Source: Malacoraja senta (lineage: Eukaryota). Taken from it: a DNA stretch of 64,000 nt. Position 1 is the stretch's first letter. Every line of letters begins with the position of its first letter. The notes under the pieces are model-generated. The model did no database searches, had not been told where the DNA came from, and worked only from the letters and a program-made list of their open reading frames with translations. The DNA lies in assembly GCA_038087875.1 (NCBI GenBank), contig CM075977.1, forward strand, positions 270,940,001-271,004,000. The letters run 5' to 3'. Below, piece by piece: positions 39,252-51,747 of the stretch. The position numbers were made by a program, and so were the translations under genes.

Positions 39252-39447
39252 TCGCAAAATGCTGGAATAACTCAGCGGATCAAGCAGCATCTCTTAATGA
39301 TGGAGTCTCCAAACAGGATAATCCTGTTGGTGGATTGTCCTGTTTGGGGACTCCATCACTCAGAGATGCTGCCTGTCCCACTGAGTTACTCCAGCATTTT
39401 GTGTCTATCTTTGGTGTAATCCAGCACCTGCAGGTCCATCCTACACA
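39252..39447 (+). mobile_element. Penelope pseudo-LTR fold-back insertion containing an extra 27-bp stem
   Basis: Arms span 39255-39401. TSD tcct(t/c)tctagttct at 39238-39251 and 39448-39461. Confidence 0.8.
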
Positions 39448-39701
39448 TCCTCTCTAGTTCTGGTTAACAGCATCTATAGCACAGGTGATTTAACACCAGC
39501 CTGAACTTAAAGGTACTTTAGCTGCCTGATATATTTATGCGCGAAAGCCTCCAAGACTTTACATTTATCAGTCCTATATGTACTACCTGGCTGAATTTCT
39601 CTGAAAAGTATTTGCTAAAACAAATGGGAGAAAAACGATGCGAATTGAGAAGTCAGCAATTTTACTTCCTGCTTCTCCTTACAACAGATGGGAGGTGCAA
39701 G

Positions 39702-39874
39702 CAGGCCCTCTCATAGATAAACTGAGGCCCAAGCCAATTTCAATTTTTGAGGCCCCCAAATCAAGATCAAGCAAAGGCCCCTCAATTTTAGAGGCCCCCA
39801 AGATCCCTTTGAAGCAGACAGGCATGAGGCCCATGCCAAATGGCACTGGTTACTCACCCCTCTGATAGGGCCTG
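39702..39874. mobile_element. hAT-type MITE
   Basis: TIR CAGGCCCTCTCA / TGATAGGGCCTG, 8-bp TSD ggtgcaag / ggtgccag, and repeated (G)AGGCCC subterminal motifs. Confidence 0.78.
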
Positions 39875-40117
39875 GGTGCCAGTCCTGCTTTTAGTAGCTG
39901 CAGAAGTTAATCACAAGTTAGCAGAGAGTTCTAAGAGTGATGTAAATATTTGCATCGAGTCCCACATTTAGAAAAATAAAAGCAAATCCAGCTGTGATAA
40001 CAACATCACGGCAATATCCCCTTGGATAACATGTAAGATAAACTATGGGGAAGATTATGGATGCAAGGGCAAATGCATTCAGGCTAAATGTAATAGTTAA
40101 GTCTCATGGTTTCTTAC

Positions 40118-40443
40118 CTGTAAAGTGCTAATATGAACGGGAGTATCTGTACCATTAACAGTATTCTGAGAGGAAGGTTTAACCCAGTTTCCACCTCCTT
40201 TTCCTTCAGAGGCAATAGCCTGCTCCTTTGCCTTCAGCTTTTTTTGGATTCGTGCTCTTTCAGCTTCAATTTTTTTTGGGCTGTTCAACATAACCTGCAC
40301 AACTGCATATTCCACAAGAGACGCAAATCCAAACAGGAGGCACGCAATCAGCCAGATATCCATGGCTTTCACATAAGAGACCTTGGGCAGTTCTGCTGCA
40401 AGAACCATACACTCAGAGGACAAGTTGAGGACTGAGAAGATGC
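40118..40443 (-). CDS. GLRB: GlyR beta exon (exon 9 equivalent), M2, M3 and N-terminal part of the M3-M4 loop
   Basis: 326 bp with acceptor tatcacAG and donor GTAAGA. Encodes [65 protein letters not shown]...[16 protein letters not shown] and ends in phase 0. Confidence 0.97.
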
Positions 40444-41007
40444 CTGTGATATAGAAAAGTATAGAAATATTAACACATCAACCTCTTCTAATATTATATT
40501 TGTGAATTTAAATGTACATGTATGTTTTGCTATTTCTTTGGATAGTTAATTTATAGATTTGACTGTTGGTCATGAAAAGAAATTGTGTTTATATATGACT
40601 TTTTCCAACTTCTGCACATGATTCTGTTGTTGCCTGTAGACATGACTTGCAATCTCTCTATCTACATCTTAAGGTTAATTTAAATGCACATGTTTTAGCA
40701 TTGAAATATTGTCAAGAAGGCATGAGTGGAAAGAAAAAAACAGGCCGGTTCTATATTGAGCAGAATATCAACGGGTTAGTACCCCAGCAATGAATGTGCA
40801 AAACTACACTGAAGTCAACATTGCCACTTTCAACTGGTTTTGCCCACTTTCGTAAAATTTACAAATAAGTCACACTAAATAAATCAGATTTACAAATAAA
40901 TGGTCCTGATTAATTTGGTCCTAAAATGTTCCCAGGTTCTTTCTGCCTCCCATTTATCAGTATCAACCCTCAGCACAATAGTATCAATGGACAGTACATT
41001 AATAGAT

Positions 41008-41365
41008 TCAGAGTCATAGAATGATAATGGAGACAGGCCCTTCGGCCCAACTGCCCACACCAGCCAACATGTCCCAGCTACACTAGTCCCACCTGCCTAC
41101 GTTTTGTCCATATCTCTCCAAGCCTGTTCTATCCATGTACCTGTCTAACTGTTTCTTAAATGTTGGAATAATGCCAGCCTCAACTACAGGTACCACCTCT
41201 GGCAGCTTGTTCCATATCCCCACCACCCTTTGTGTGAAAATGCTGCCACTCAGTCCTATTAAATATTTTCCCCTTCACGCTAAACCTATGTCCTCTGGTC
41301 CTCAATTCACCTACTCTGGGCAAGAGACTCTGTGCTTCTACCCAATTTATTCCTTGCATGATCAT
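41008..41365 (-). mobile_element. CR1 3' fragment
   Basis: Minus strand encodes AQSLLPRVGELRTRGHRFSVKG; gtcatagaatgata tail. Confidence 0.85.
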
Positions 41366-42107
41366 AATCATGATCTCAGTATTTTTGGGTGGTCTTTGAC
41401 ACCTGGCTAAGATATAGCTGAGGGTTAACAAAAATCCACAGAATGTCAGAGCTTTCATGTAATAATAAAATACAAATCCCAAATAGGAATTAATAATCAA
41501 AGTTACTTATTTTTAGCCAGTATTAGTTGTCATCAAATAAAAGGGTTTATGCTCCCAAATGTACCTTATCTCATTTTTAACTACTTAATATTTTACCACA
41601 TAACATTTCTCGGAATCAACATATATCTGCATTCAAAACATGTACGCAGATTATGGAGCAAAACAACTGAATTGCATGTAATAATCATTACTTCAGTAAT
41701 AGAGTATTATAATAGAGTAATAGAGAATTCAGTAATAATTACTTCAGTAATATTTTGTCAAAACTGCAATGCCCCTAACTATAATTAGCCGATGTTCCCC
41801 ACTTATTATATCTTATGCTGTCTGTTCTCAATTAAAGTGCCATGTTCAAGAGCCCAGACAACTCCTTCCGGTATTTCCAATTTGATTTGTTGCACACTGC
41901 TCATTTTTCTTTAAATATTAAGATAATGAAGTGTGGGAAAATGACACTGAAGTATAAGATCATCCATGTTCTTACCAAACAGCAGAACAGATTCAAGCAG
42001 ATGTATGGCCTATTCCAGCTTCTGATTCTTACGTGACCTATAGCCCACAAGATATGCTGCTGCGATCAGAGAATCAGGGATAGCTAAAGGCCTGATAAGT
42101 GCCATGT

Positions 42108-42530
42108 TTCGTTTAGTTTGAGACACGGCGTGGAAAAAGGCCCTTCGGCCCGCTGAGTTTGTGCCAACAATCACCCATTAACTAGTTCTATCCTGCACAC
42201 CAGGGACAATTTACAATTTGCAGAGGCCAATTAACCTAGCAACCTGCATGTCTTTGGAATATGGGAAGGGGTGGAAGATTGCAACCTTCACGTGGTCCGC
42301 CCTGTTTCGACTAATGCAATCAACTTGACGTGCACAAACAGAAGATCAAATAGAACAAGTTGTCCAACAACTTTAGGCTGTGCACGCCACACGAAAGAAG
42401 AAGAAGAAGAAGAAGAAGAAGGAATATGGGACGAAGCCAAAGTACCCAAAGGATACAAAGAATACAGACATCACCCGTGGTCAGTATTGAACTGGGTCTC
42501 TGACGCTGGGTCTCTAGCTACTGTGCCATC
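42108..42530 (-). mobile_element. V-SINE interrupted by a short retroelement tail
   Basis: SINE tail at 42108 and head near 42530. Confidence 0.75.
42267..42420 (+). mobile_element. Short non-LTR 3' end with (GAA)n tail, possibly Vingi/Ingi-like
   Basis: Ends CACGCCACACGAAA(GAA)n. 11-bp TSD ggaatatggga at 42256-42266 and 42421-42431. The clade call is from recollection only. Confidence 0.7.
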
Positions 42531-42835
42531 CTTAAATTATTCATTCACTTTCAATGATTCTGTGATTAATAACACATTGATTGGAGGGGGGGGAGGGCAT
42601 TGATAGGCTATGCTAAGCATTTAAAATACTCCTCCATCATCCACAATTTAAAAAAATGACTGTGAATTTGCAATGTGCATAAATAAGAGGGTTGCTATTT
42701 AATAGTTTTACATTCACTTTTTTTGTTGTTGCAACATCCAATATATCAAAAAAATCTGCCATGACTTTTTCTGTGAACAGATATACAATGGCACATGTGT
42801 CTGTGGCATTGAAAGGACAGTGCGACTATTTTCTA

Positions 42836-43045
<210 letters not shown>

Positions 43046-43762
43046 TTATTTATAAGTAAATAATTACAATACCATTTAAAATAAAAAAGAGACATTTCAT
43101 AGAAATGCTACAATTTGTACATTTAGAAAACCAGTTTTCCTGGCAGTAAATTCTATCCTATTATTTTCACATTTGAACAGTTAAAACAAATTATTCACTG
43201 TTTCATTTTATTGGGGGAATCAACAATAAAAAGGTTGTATATACCAGCAATCAAATTGGAGGTGATTAGGTAACTCCCCTGTTAATTGAACTTAATAAGC
43301 ACAAATGACAATAATTGATTTTATACATTTCCTTCATATGTAACCACATCCTGATTCTATTGAAGGATGTTATGGTTGTGTATATTTCCACCACTTTAAA
43401 TGTAAAATTTTGGGGGGTATTTTAAATTTTTGGGGGGCACAATTGGCTGTTGGCAAAAAGATTAGTTACATTATATTTCCTTTGTACTGTGAAATACAAA
43501 ATTAACAATCATAAAAACTCTTTATTTCCTCATTTCCAACAGGTTACTGAATTAATAAAAATTATCTAACAATAGGTAAGAAAGCTTTATCTTGTTGAAA
43601 TGTTGTTATAAGATCACATTGGCATTCAACCACCAGTGTGAACAATGTCCCTGGTATGTCCAATCCAGTAAAAACATAATATGATGGATAACTGTTATGT
43701 GCTGTGCTCGTGGAATTCTTGGCTGCACTGTTCAATTAGATATGGTTTTCATCTAATCATCA

Positions 43763-44175
43763 TAAGATCATAAGTGATAGAAGAAGAATTAGGCCCATTA
43801 AGTCTACTCCGCCATGCAATTGTGGCTGATCTGTCTCTCCCTCCTAACCCCATTATCCTGCCTTCTCCCCATAACCTCTGCACACATATTAATCAAGAAT
43901 CTATCTATCCCTGCCTTAAAAAATATCCACTGACTTTGCCTCCACAGCCTTTTGTGGCAAAGAATTCCACAGATTTACCACCCTCTGAGTGAAGAAATGA
44001 CTCCTCACCTCCTTCCTAAAAGAACGTCTTTTAATTCTGAGGCTACGACCACTAGTCCGAGACTCTCCACATCCACTCTATCCAAGCCTTTCACTATTTG
44101 ATACTCTTCAATTAGGTCCCCCCTCATTCTTCTAAACTCTAGTGAGTGCAGGCCCAGTGCCGTAAATCATATGTT
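43763..44175 (-). mobile_element. CR1 3' fragment
   Basis: (cataag)n tail and the conserved CR1 3' sequence. Confidence 0.85.
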
Positions 44176-44704
44176 ATGATGAGCCACATGTTCATGATTT
44201 TCCAGCATGTGGTCCCAGATCATCATTCTGCTGCCACTGAGCAGATGCTTATACAATTTCAATTTTTGCTGCTCTCTTTCCCTCGGGTTCAATAGCAGTT
44301 TTTGGCTGAATTGCTTAAAGTGCCCATGCTAAATACACTACAAAGGTTGTGCAACATGCTAAATACACTACAAAGTCGTTATAAATTTGCAGAACATTGT
44401 CTGATAGATGTAAGGAAGCAGAAATCTCATCTTAAGAAGGTCAGTGACATTATTTTCATTGGACTTGTACAGAGCTGGTTTGGAATTGACATGCCAAATG
44501 GCCTCCTTTAACACTGCTGGTAATTTGAGGGGATGGAGTATGTGCGGGTCTCAAAAGCATGGAAGTAGTAGATACAAGGCACATGAGAGTTGTGTGGCAG
44601 AATACTAATCATTTGACTGAATGAGTGCAGGTCCAATAACTCTCAAGAAGCCTGGTATTACCCTGACTGGCAACCATCCACCAACCCAAATACTCCTTTC
44701 ATTC

Positions 44705-44928
44705 GTAGAACACAAAGTGCAAAGTAACTCAGCGAGTCAGGCTGCATCTGCAGAGGACATGGATCAGGTGACATTTCAGGTTGGGACCCTACTTCAAACT
44801 CAGTCCGAAGAAATTCCAGATCGAAACCATCACCTCTCCATGTCTTGCAGAGATGCTGTCTGACCCGCTGAGTTACACCAGCACTTCATCTTCTATGCAA
44901 GATTACAGCATTTGCAGTTCCTTGTGTC
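44705..44928 (+). mobile_element. Penelope pseudo-LTR fold-back insertion
   Basis: Inverted pLTR arms; TSD tactc(c/a)tttcattc at 44691-44704 and 44929-44942. Confidence 0.78.
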
Positions 44929-45582
44929 TACTCATTTCATTCTCTCCACCACTGGTTCATAGTGTACCATCGACAAAATATATTGCAGTTACTTCTGCTG
45001 TTTCTTAAAACTTATGATTCAGATGGGCACCGGCAGAGGGGATGGTGGGTTTTCCATAGTGGGGGCATCTTGAACCAGGGGAAATTGTTTCAGAATAAGA
45101 TGTGTTGCATTTCAGGTCGAGAAAGAATTACTGACTGAAATTCTCTAAATCAGAGACAGAGGCATTAAATGTTTCAAAAGTGGTGAAAAGACCTCACAAT
45201 TCTCCAAAGGTGAAGAAAATACACACTTGCCTTTAAAAACACACTCTCATACTGTAAAAGATATGTGCAACCATGACTGTACATAATGTATAAGCCAATT
45301 AATTCAGTCATGGAATAACATGAAAATAATCCTTTGTCAATGGCCTTTTCCGGCATTTGAAGTACCTCAGTGAGTTTAAGGGAAGTAGAGCGAGTAACTA
45401 AATATTGGATCGCAATTTACTGTACACATTATTTAATGGGAGCTGTTAAACTCAAACTTGCATGCTCGAAGAAATCCACCTCCTTCTTTCATTCGACCTA
45501 TGGGAATGTGTGGTCCTTTGTTCATTTGTGCCTCACTGTTATCTTGGTGCGTAAATTACTTGCATGTTACTGTTTTATGCAT

Positions 45583-45671
45583 AAGAAGAAGGGTCTCGAC
45601 CCGTCACCTATTCCTTCGCTCCATAGATGCTGCCTCACCTGCTGAGTTATTCCAACATTTTTATCTACCTT
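45583..45671 (+). mobile_element. Short Penelope pseudo-LTR insertion
   Basis: AGAAGGGTCTCGACCCGTCACC...GCTGAGTTATTCCAAC with a perfect 13-bp TSD ctgttttatgcat (45570-45582 and 45672-45684). Confidence 0.8.
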
Positions 45672-45752
45672 CTGTTTTATGCATGACCATTAGAGAATCA
45701 CAGAAAGTTATCCAATCCATTGTGTCCATACAGACACTAAAGGAATTACTTA

Positions 45753-46284
45753 AGGGGCTGTCCCACTTGGGCGACCTAATTGGCGAGTTTAGAAGAGTTT
45801 AGGAGAATTTGAAAAAATGTCATGTTGAAGACCTCCTTCGACCTCATACGGCTAACTTCGGAAAAATTGGACACCGAATAGTGGAAAGTGAAGATGACCT
45901 CCTTCGATCTCCTTCAACCTCCCTTCGACCTCCCTTCGACTATGATGAAGACTATCTACGACTACCTTTGACTACCTTCGACTACCCTCGATTACCTATG
46001 ACTAACATGCCGACCTACTACGACCTACTACGACTAAACCTACGAGTAAAAAAAAGTATAGATTTTTTCCATGGCGACCTTTCATTACTCGCGGGCATTT
46101 TTCAACATGTTGAAAAATATGCCGCAACCTAGCTGAGGCCTCGAGTACATGGGGACTACTCTCGAGCATGAAGGAGAGTTATAGAGACCTCCTACGACCT
46201 CGTGTCGACCATGCTGCGAATATGAGTCGAGGGCAAAAACTCACCAGAACTCGCGGATTATGTCGCCCAAGTGGGACAGCCCCT
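45753..46284. mobile_element. PIF/Harbinger-type MITE with internal short repeats
   Basis: TIR AGGGGCTGTCCCACTTGGGCGAC / GTCGCCCAAGTGGGACAGCCCCT with TTA on both sides; many CCTTCGAC/CTACGAC motifs inside. Confidence 0.9.
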
Positions 46285-46314
46285 TTAGGCTGATCCAATT
46301 CCTAGCTCAGGACT

Positions 46315-47444
46315 ACATAGATACATAGAAAATAGGTGCAGGAGTAGGCCATTCGGCCCTTTGAGCCTGCACCGCCATTCAATATGATCATGGCTGATCA
46401 TCCAACTCAGTATCCCGTACCTGCCTTCTCTCCATACCCCCTGATCCCTTTAGCCACAAGGGCCACATCTAACTCCCTCTTAAATATAGCCAATGAACTG
46501 GCCTCAACTACCCTCTGTGGCAGAGAGTTCCAGAGATTCACCACTCTCTGTGTGAAAAATGTTTTTCTCATCTCGGTCTTAAAGGATTTCCCCCTTATCC
46601 TTAAGCTGTGACCCCTTGTCCTGGACTTCCCCAACATCGGGAACAATCTTCCTGCATCTAGCCTGTCCAACCCCATAAGAATTTTGTAAGTTTCTATAAG
46701 ATCCCCTCTCAATCTCCTAAATTCTAGCGAGTATAAGCCGAGTCTATCCAGTCTTTCTTCATATGAAAGTCCTGACATCCCAGGAATCAGTCTGGTGAAC
46801 CTTCTCTGCACTCCCTCTATGGCAATAATGTCCTTCCTCAGATTTGGAGACCAAAACTGTATGCAATACTCCAGGTGTGGTCTCACCAAGACCCTGTACA
46901 ACTGCAGTAGAACCTCCCTGCTCCTATACTCAAATCCTTTTGCTATGAAACCTAACATACCATTTGCTTTCTTCACTGCCTGCTGCACCTCCATGCCTAC
47001 TTTCAATGACTGGTGTACCATGATACCCAGGTCTCGCTGCATCTCCCCTTTTCCTAATCGGCCACCATTTAGATAATAATCTGCTTTCCTGTTTTTGCCA
47101 CCAAAGTGGATAACCTCACATTTATCCACATTATACTGCATCTGCCAAACATTTGCCCACTCACCCAGCCTATCCAAGTCACCTTGCAGTCTCCTAGCAT
47201 CCTCCTCACAGCTAATACTGCCCCCCAGCTTAGTGTCATCCGCAAACTTGGAGATGTTGCCTTCAATTCCCACATCCAGATCATTAATATAAATTGTAAA
47301 TAGCTGGGGTCCCAGCACTGAGCCTTGCGGTACCCCACTAGTCACTGCCTGCCATTGTGAAAAGGACCCGTTTACTCCTACTCTTTGCTTCCTGTTTGCC
47401 AGCCAGTTCTCTATCCACATCAATACTGAACCCCCAATACCGTG
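46315..47444 (-). mobile_element. Young 5'-truncated CR1
   Basis: Uninterrupted 338-aa ORF 46407-47423 with GVPQGSVLGP and KFADD. Confidence 0.96.
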
Positions 47445-47794
47445 TTATTTAACCCTGTCAGTTTTGGCAATGTCCATGCTCAGTACTTATTGAATACAGT
47501 TTGTTTCTGTCTCTGTCACCTACATGGAACATGGAACAGTACAGAGGAGGCACGGGGCCTTCTGCCCAAAATGTCCATGCCAAGTTAACCTATTCTCTCT
47601 TCTTGCACGCGATCCATATCCCACCTTTCCCTGCATATCCATGTGCCTGTCTACAATCCTCTAATATGCCACTAATATATCTGTCTCCACCACCATCCAT
47701 CTGCCTCCGCACACACACTTACAGTCACTGTTGTAGACACCCACTCTTTGTATGCCATAGAGTCAAAATCTATTATTATTATTATTATTATAGT

Positions 47795-49405
47795 CAAGAT
47801 TCAAGAGATTCAAGATTCAAGAGAGTTTATTGTCATGTGTCTCAGATAGGACAATGAAATTCTTGCTTTGCTTCAGCACAACAGAATATAGTAGGCATAA
47901 ATAAATACAGGACAAAACTGATCAGTGTGACCAAATACCAATGAATATATACACACACACATAAATAAACAGATAAAGTGCAATGGGCTATTCATGATCA
48001 GAGTTTTGTTTGAGTTGAGTTTAATAGCCTGATGGCTGTGGGGAAGTAGGTATTCCTGAACCTGGATGTTGCAGATTTCAGGGTCCTGTACCTTCTACCT
48101 GAAGGCAGCGGGGAGATGAGTGAGTGGCCAGGATGGTATGGGTCCTTGATGATGCTGGCAGCCTTTTTGAGGCAGCGACTGCGATAGATCCCCTCGATGG
48201 TAGGGAGGTCAGAGCCGATGATGGACTGGGCAGTGTTTACTACTTTTTGCAGTCTTTTCCACTCCTGGACGTTCAAGTTGCAGAACCAAACCACGATGCA
48301 ACCGATCAGCATGCTCTCTACTGTGCACCTGTAGAGGTTCGAGAGAGTCCTCCTTCACATACCGACTCTCAGTAATCTTCTCAGGAAGTAAAGGCACTGA
48401 TGTGCTTTCTTTATAATTGCATCATTGTTCTCGGACCAGGAAAGATCTTCAGAGATGTGCACGCCCAGGAATTTGAAGCTCTTGACCCTTTCCACCATCG
48501 ACCCATTGATATAAACAGGACTATGGGTCCCCATCCTACCCCTTCCATAGTCCACAATCAGTTCCTTGTTTTCGCTGGTGTTGAGAGCCAGGTTATTGGC
48601 ACCATTTGGTCAAACGGTCGATGTCACTTCTATATTCTGACTCATCTCCATCAGTGATACGTCCCACAACAGTGGTGTCGTCAGCAAACTTGATGATGGT
48701 GTTCATACTATGACCGGCTACGCAGTCATGAGTATAGAGTGAGTACAGCAGGGGGCTGAGCATGCAGCCTTGAGGTGCTCCCGTGCTGATTGTTATCGAG
48801 GCTGACACATTTCCACCAATACGGACAATACTGTGGTCTGTGAATGAGGAAGTCGAGGATCCAATTACAGAGGGATGCGCAGAGACCCAGTTCTGAGAGT
48901 TTGGTAACCAGCTTGGAAGGGATGATTGTGTTAAATGCCAAGCTGTAGTCAATGAACAACAGCCGGACATATGAGTTTTTGTTGTCAACGTGGTACAGAG
49001 CGGTGTGAGATCGTATCCACCGTTGATCTGTTGTGGCGGTAAGCAAACTGCAGTGGGTCCAGGTTTTTGTCGAGGTAGGAGTTGATTTACGCCATGATCA
49101 GCCTCTCAAAGCACTTCATCACCACCGACGTTAGTGCCACTGGTCGATAGTCATTGAGGCACGTCACCTTGCTCTTCTTGGGCACCGGTATAACTGATGC
49201 CCTTTTAAAGCAGGTGGGAACCTCAGACCTCAGGAGTGAGAGGTTGAAAATGTCCGTAAAAACTCCAGCCAGTTGGCCAGGTTTTTAGAACACGACCGGG
49301 TATACCATCAGGTCCAGGCGCTTTCCGGGGGTTCACCCCTCTGAAAGATTTCCTGGCATCGACCTCAGTGACCGTGACCGAAATACCATCACAACAAATG
49401 GGGGC
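47795..49405 (-). mobile_element. Rex1/Babar LINE, 5'-truncated
   Basis: Minus-strand ORFs with [61 protein letters not shown] and FKFLGVHISEDLSW; (caagatt)n-type tail. Confidence 0.92.
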
Positions 49406-49829
49406 TCGAGAAGGCATGGAATCATGCAGCACAGAAACAGGCACTTCGGCCCAGCTTGCCCATGGCAACCACGGTGCCCCATCTATGCTAATCCCACCTG
49501 CCCACATTTGGCCCTTATTACTCTAAACCTTTCATATCCATAAATTGTTCCTCTTGTCCTTCTATAAATCAACCCTTATTTTTTACCTGTCCAAGAGTAA
49601 TGAAAAAGATGGTCTGGAGAAGGTTCCCGACCCTTTCCCACCCCCTGGAGTCTGTGCGGACTGTTTGTAAGAAAATAATTTTACTGTGCATTTGCACTTC
49701 GCACACGTGACAATGAACTATTAAACCATTGACCTGAAACGTTCCCTTTCTCTGTTCTCCTGAGATGCTGCCTGACCGTTCAGTTATTCCAGCACCTTGT
49801 CTTTTCCGGCAAACTGGCATCTGCAGTTC

Positions 49830-50560
49830 CTTGTGTCGACCTTGTGTAATATAACCTTTCTGTTCGCCCTCTCTGGATCTATTATTGGATTTATTGGATC
49901 AAACACAATCTCAATGCTCGTCAGTTCTATGCTGTAGTCGATGAAGGCAAGTTCCCATATTTCTACTTCACCACCTTCAGAGATCTAGGATATGCACTCC
50001 AAGTCTCCTTTACTTCTCCTGGGATTTGTGATGTATTGCCTTACCTTGTTTTCTCTCCCCATTTTCATTACATCGCATCTGTTTGAACTAAATTCCATTT
50101 GTCCATTCACCACTAAAGCTTTCATGGATCCAATGACTTTCTTCCCCTCTTTCAACCACACTGCCAGTTTTGCTTCACCTGCAAACTTCTGAATCAGACC
50201 TAAATTCAAGTTGACATTATTGCAAAATAATATATCGTAACGGGACTTAACACCAAAGCTGTGGAGCCCCACTTCATACAGGCTTCCAGACACAAAATGT
50301 CTGTCAAGCATTACATTTTCCATTCTGCCAATTAGGCATTCACTTGGTGTTTTCTTTAGATCTTTTGGAATATTTATGTTCTGATCAATCTGCCATGTGA
50401 GACCTTGCTAAAATCTATGATGATTCTTTCAGTTTTCCTCATTAATGTTCTCGTTACTTTCATGGAAAGTCTGCTCAAGTGAGTCACATTCCCGTGACAA
50501 TTCAAAGCCGCGTGTCCTTCATTATACTTTTTTTTTTTAAATGATTAACTTGCTGAAAGT
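49830..50560 (-). mobile_element. Old CR1 remnant
   Basis: Degenerate IQKFAGEAKL and QMEFSSNRCDVM in ORF 49985-50323. Confidence 0.6.
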
Positions 50561-51146
50561 GTTATCTGCTAATAGTTCACCAAAGAAACGGAGGATCTGA
50601 GACCTCAGCAAACAAGTCACCCAAAAGGTTATCTCCTTGACCAATCACTTTGAAGGACCATGAAATTGATAGTGTAATGACTGAGACGAGAATTGTAAAT
50701 TAGAGTTGCTGAAATCAATGTCACATCAGGTGCAAAAACAAAATTAAAATGGAACTGGAAAATTGGTTTACGACTTGGTAGATTTATAAAAGGAAAAAGG
50801 AATTATAAAGGAATATTTATAAAGGAATGAGACTTCCACCCAGTAGTTGTTAATTGCAACTAGAAAGATTTATTTGATTGTAATTAATGATTTCCATATT
50901 AGTTTAGAGTTTAGTTCAGAGCTCCAGGGAAGAAACAGGCCCTTTGATCTGCACCAAACAGCGATCCCCGCACATTAACACTACACTACACACACACTAG
51001 GGACAATTTACACTTATACTAAGCCAATTTACCTATTAGTAAAAGGTTACATACAGAATTGGCAACATGTAATGAACAAATACAGCAACCCTATGAACTT
51101 CAATAGAATGGGAGGCAGAGAAATGTCTTTGAAGAGTTAGTAATAA

Positions 51147-51706
51147 GAAGAGCAAAACACAAAGTGCTGGAGGAATACAGCAGGTCAGGCAGCATCTGGT
51201 TGGAGGAGATGGCCAGGTCTTCTTGAGACTGATGGAGTTGAGGGGGTGGGTGGCAGGTGGGAAAGTTGGAAAAGAGATGTAGGGTTAGGACAAAGGCTGG
51301 CAAACGCTAGGTGATGAAGGTGAAGGAAGGGTGAATGGCAGATGGTTGGAGCAGGTGGAAAAGACCAAAGGAGACCAAAGAGTGTCAGATAAGAAGACAG
51401 TGTGAAAATGCAAAACCAGAAGGAGGGATATAATAGGGAGGAGATGGCAGGAGGGCAAAGAGGGGCGGTAAGAGGGAAAAGAGGAACTATTTTCTCATGG
51501 GAGATGAGTGTACAAAGGATGGGAAAGGAGCAGGGTGACTGCGGGGGTGGGAGATAGTGGGAGAAATGGTGTGCACCAGGGTGGGAGAGTGGGGGGCACA
51601 GGGAAGTGAGGGAGTGTTACTTGAAATTGGAACATTTAATGTATATACTGTTGGGTTTAATGCTACCCCAAAGGAGTTGAAAGTTGCTGAAAGTTGCTTG
51701 TGTCTC
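51147..51706 (-). mobile_element. Penelope-like 3' fragment
   Basis: pLTR tail, purine-rich stretch and ttacttgaaattggaac (GIY-YIG end); degenerate aata..a.gagcaa duplication at both ends. Confidence 0.65.
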
Positions 51707-51747
51707 CAATAGAAAGAGCAACCTGACTGTAAGCTTCAGATATTTAT

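Noticed and set aside
40097-40117. Read-through of exon 9 into the intron (VRNHET*) as a truncated isoform
   Set aside because: The donor (CAG|GTAAGA) is strong, sits at the conserved position, and has no nearby minus-strand poly(A) signal.
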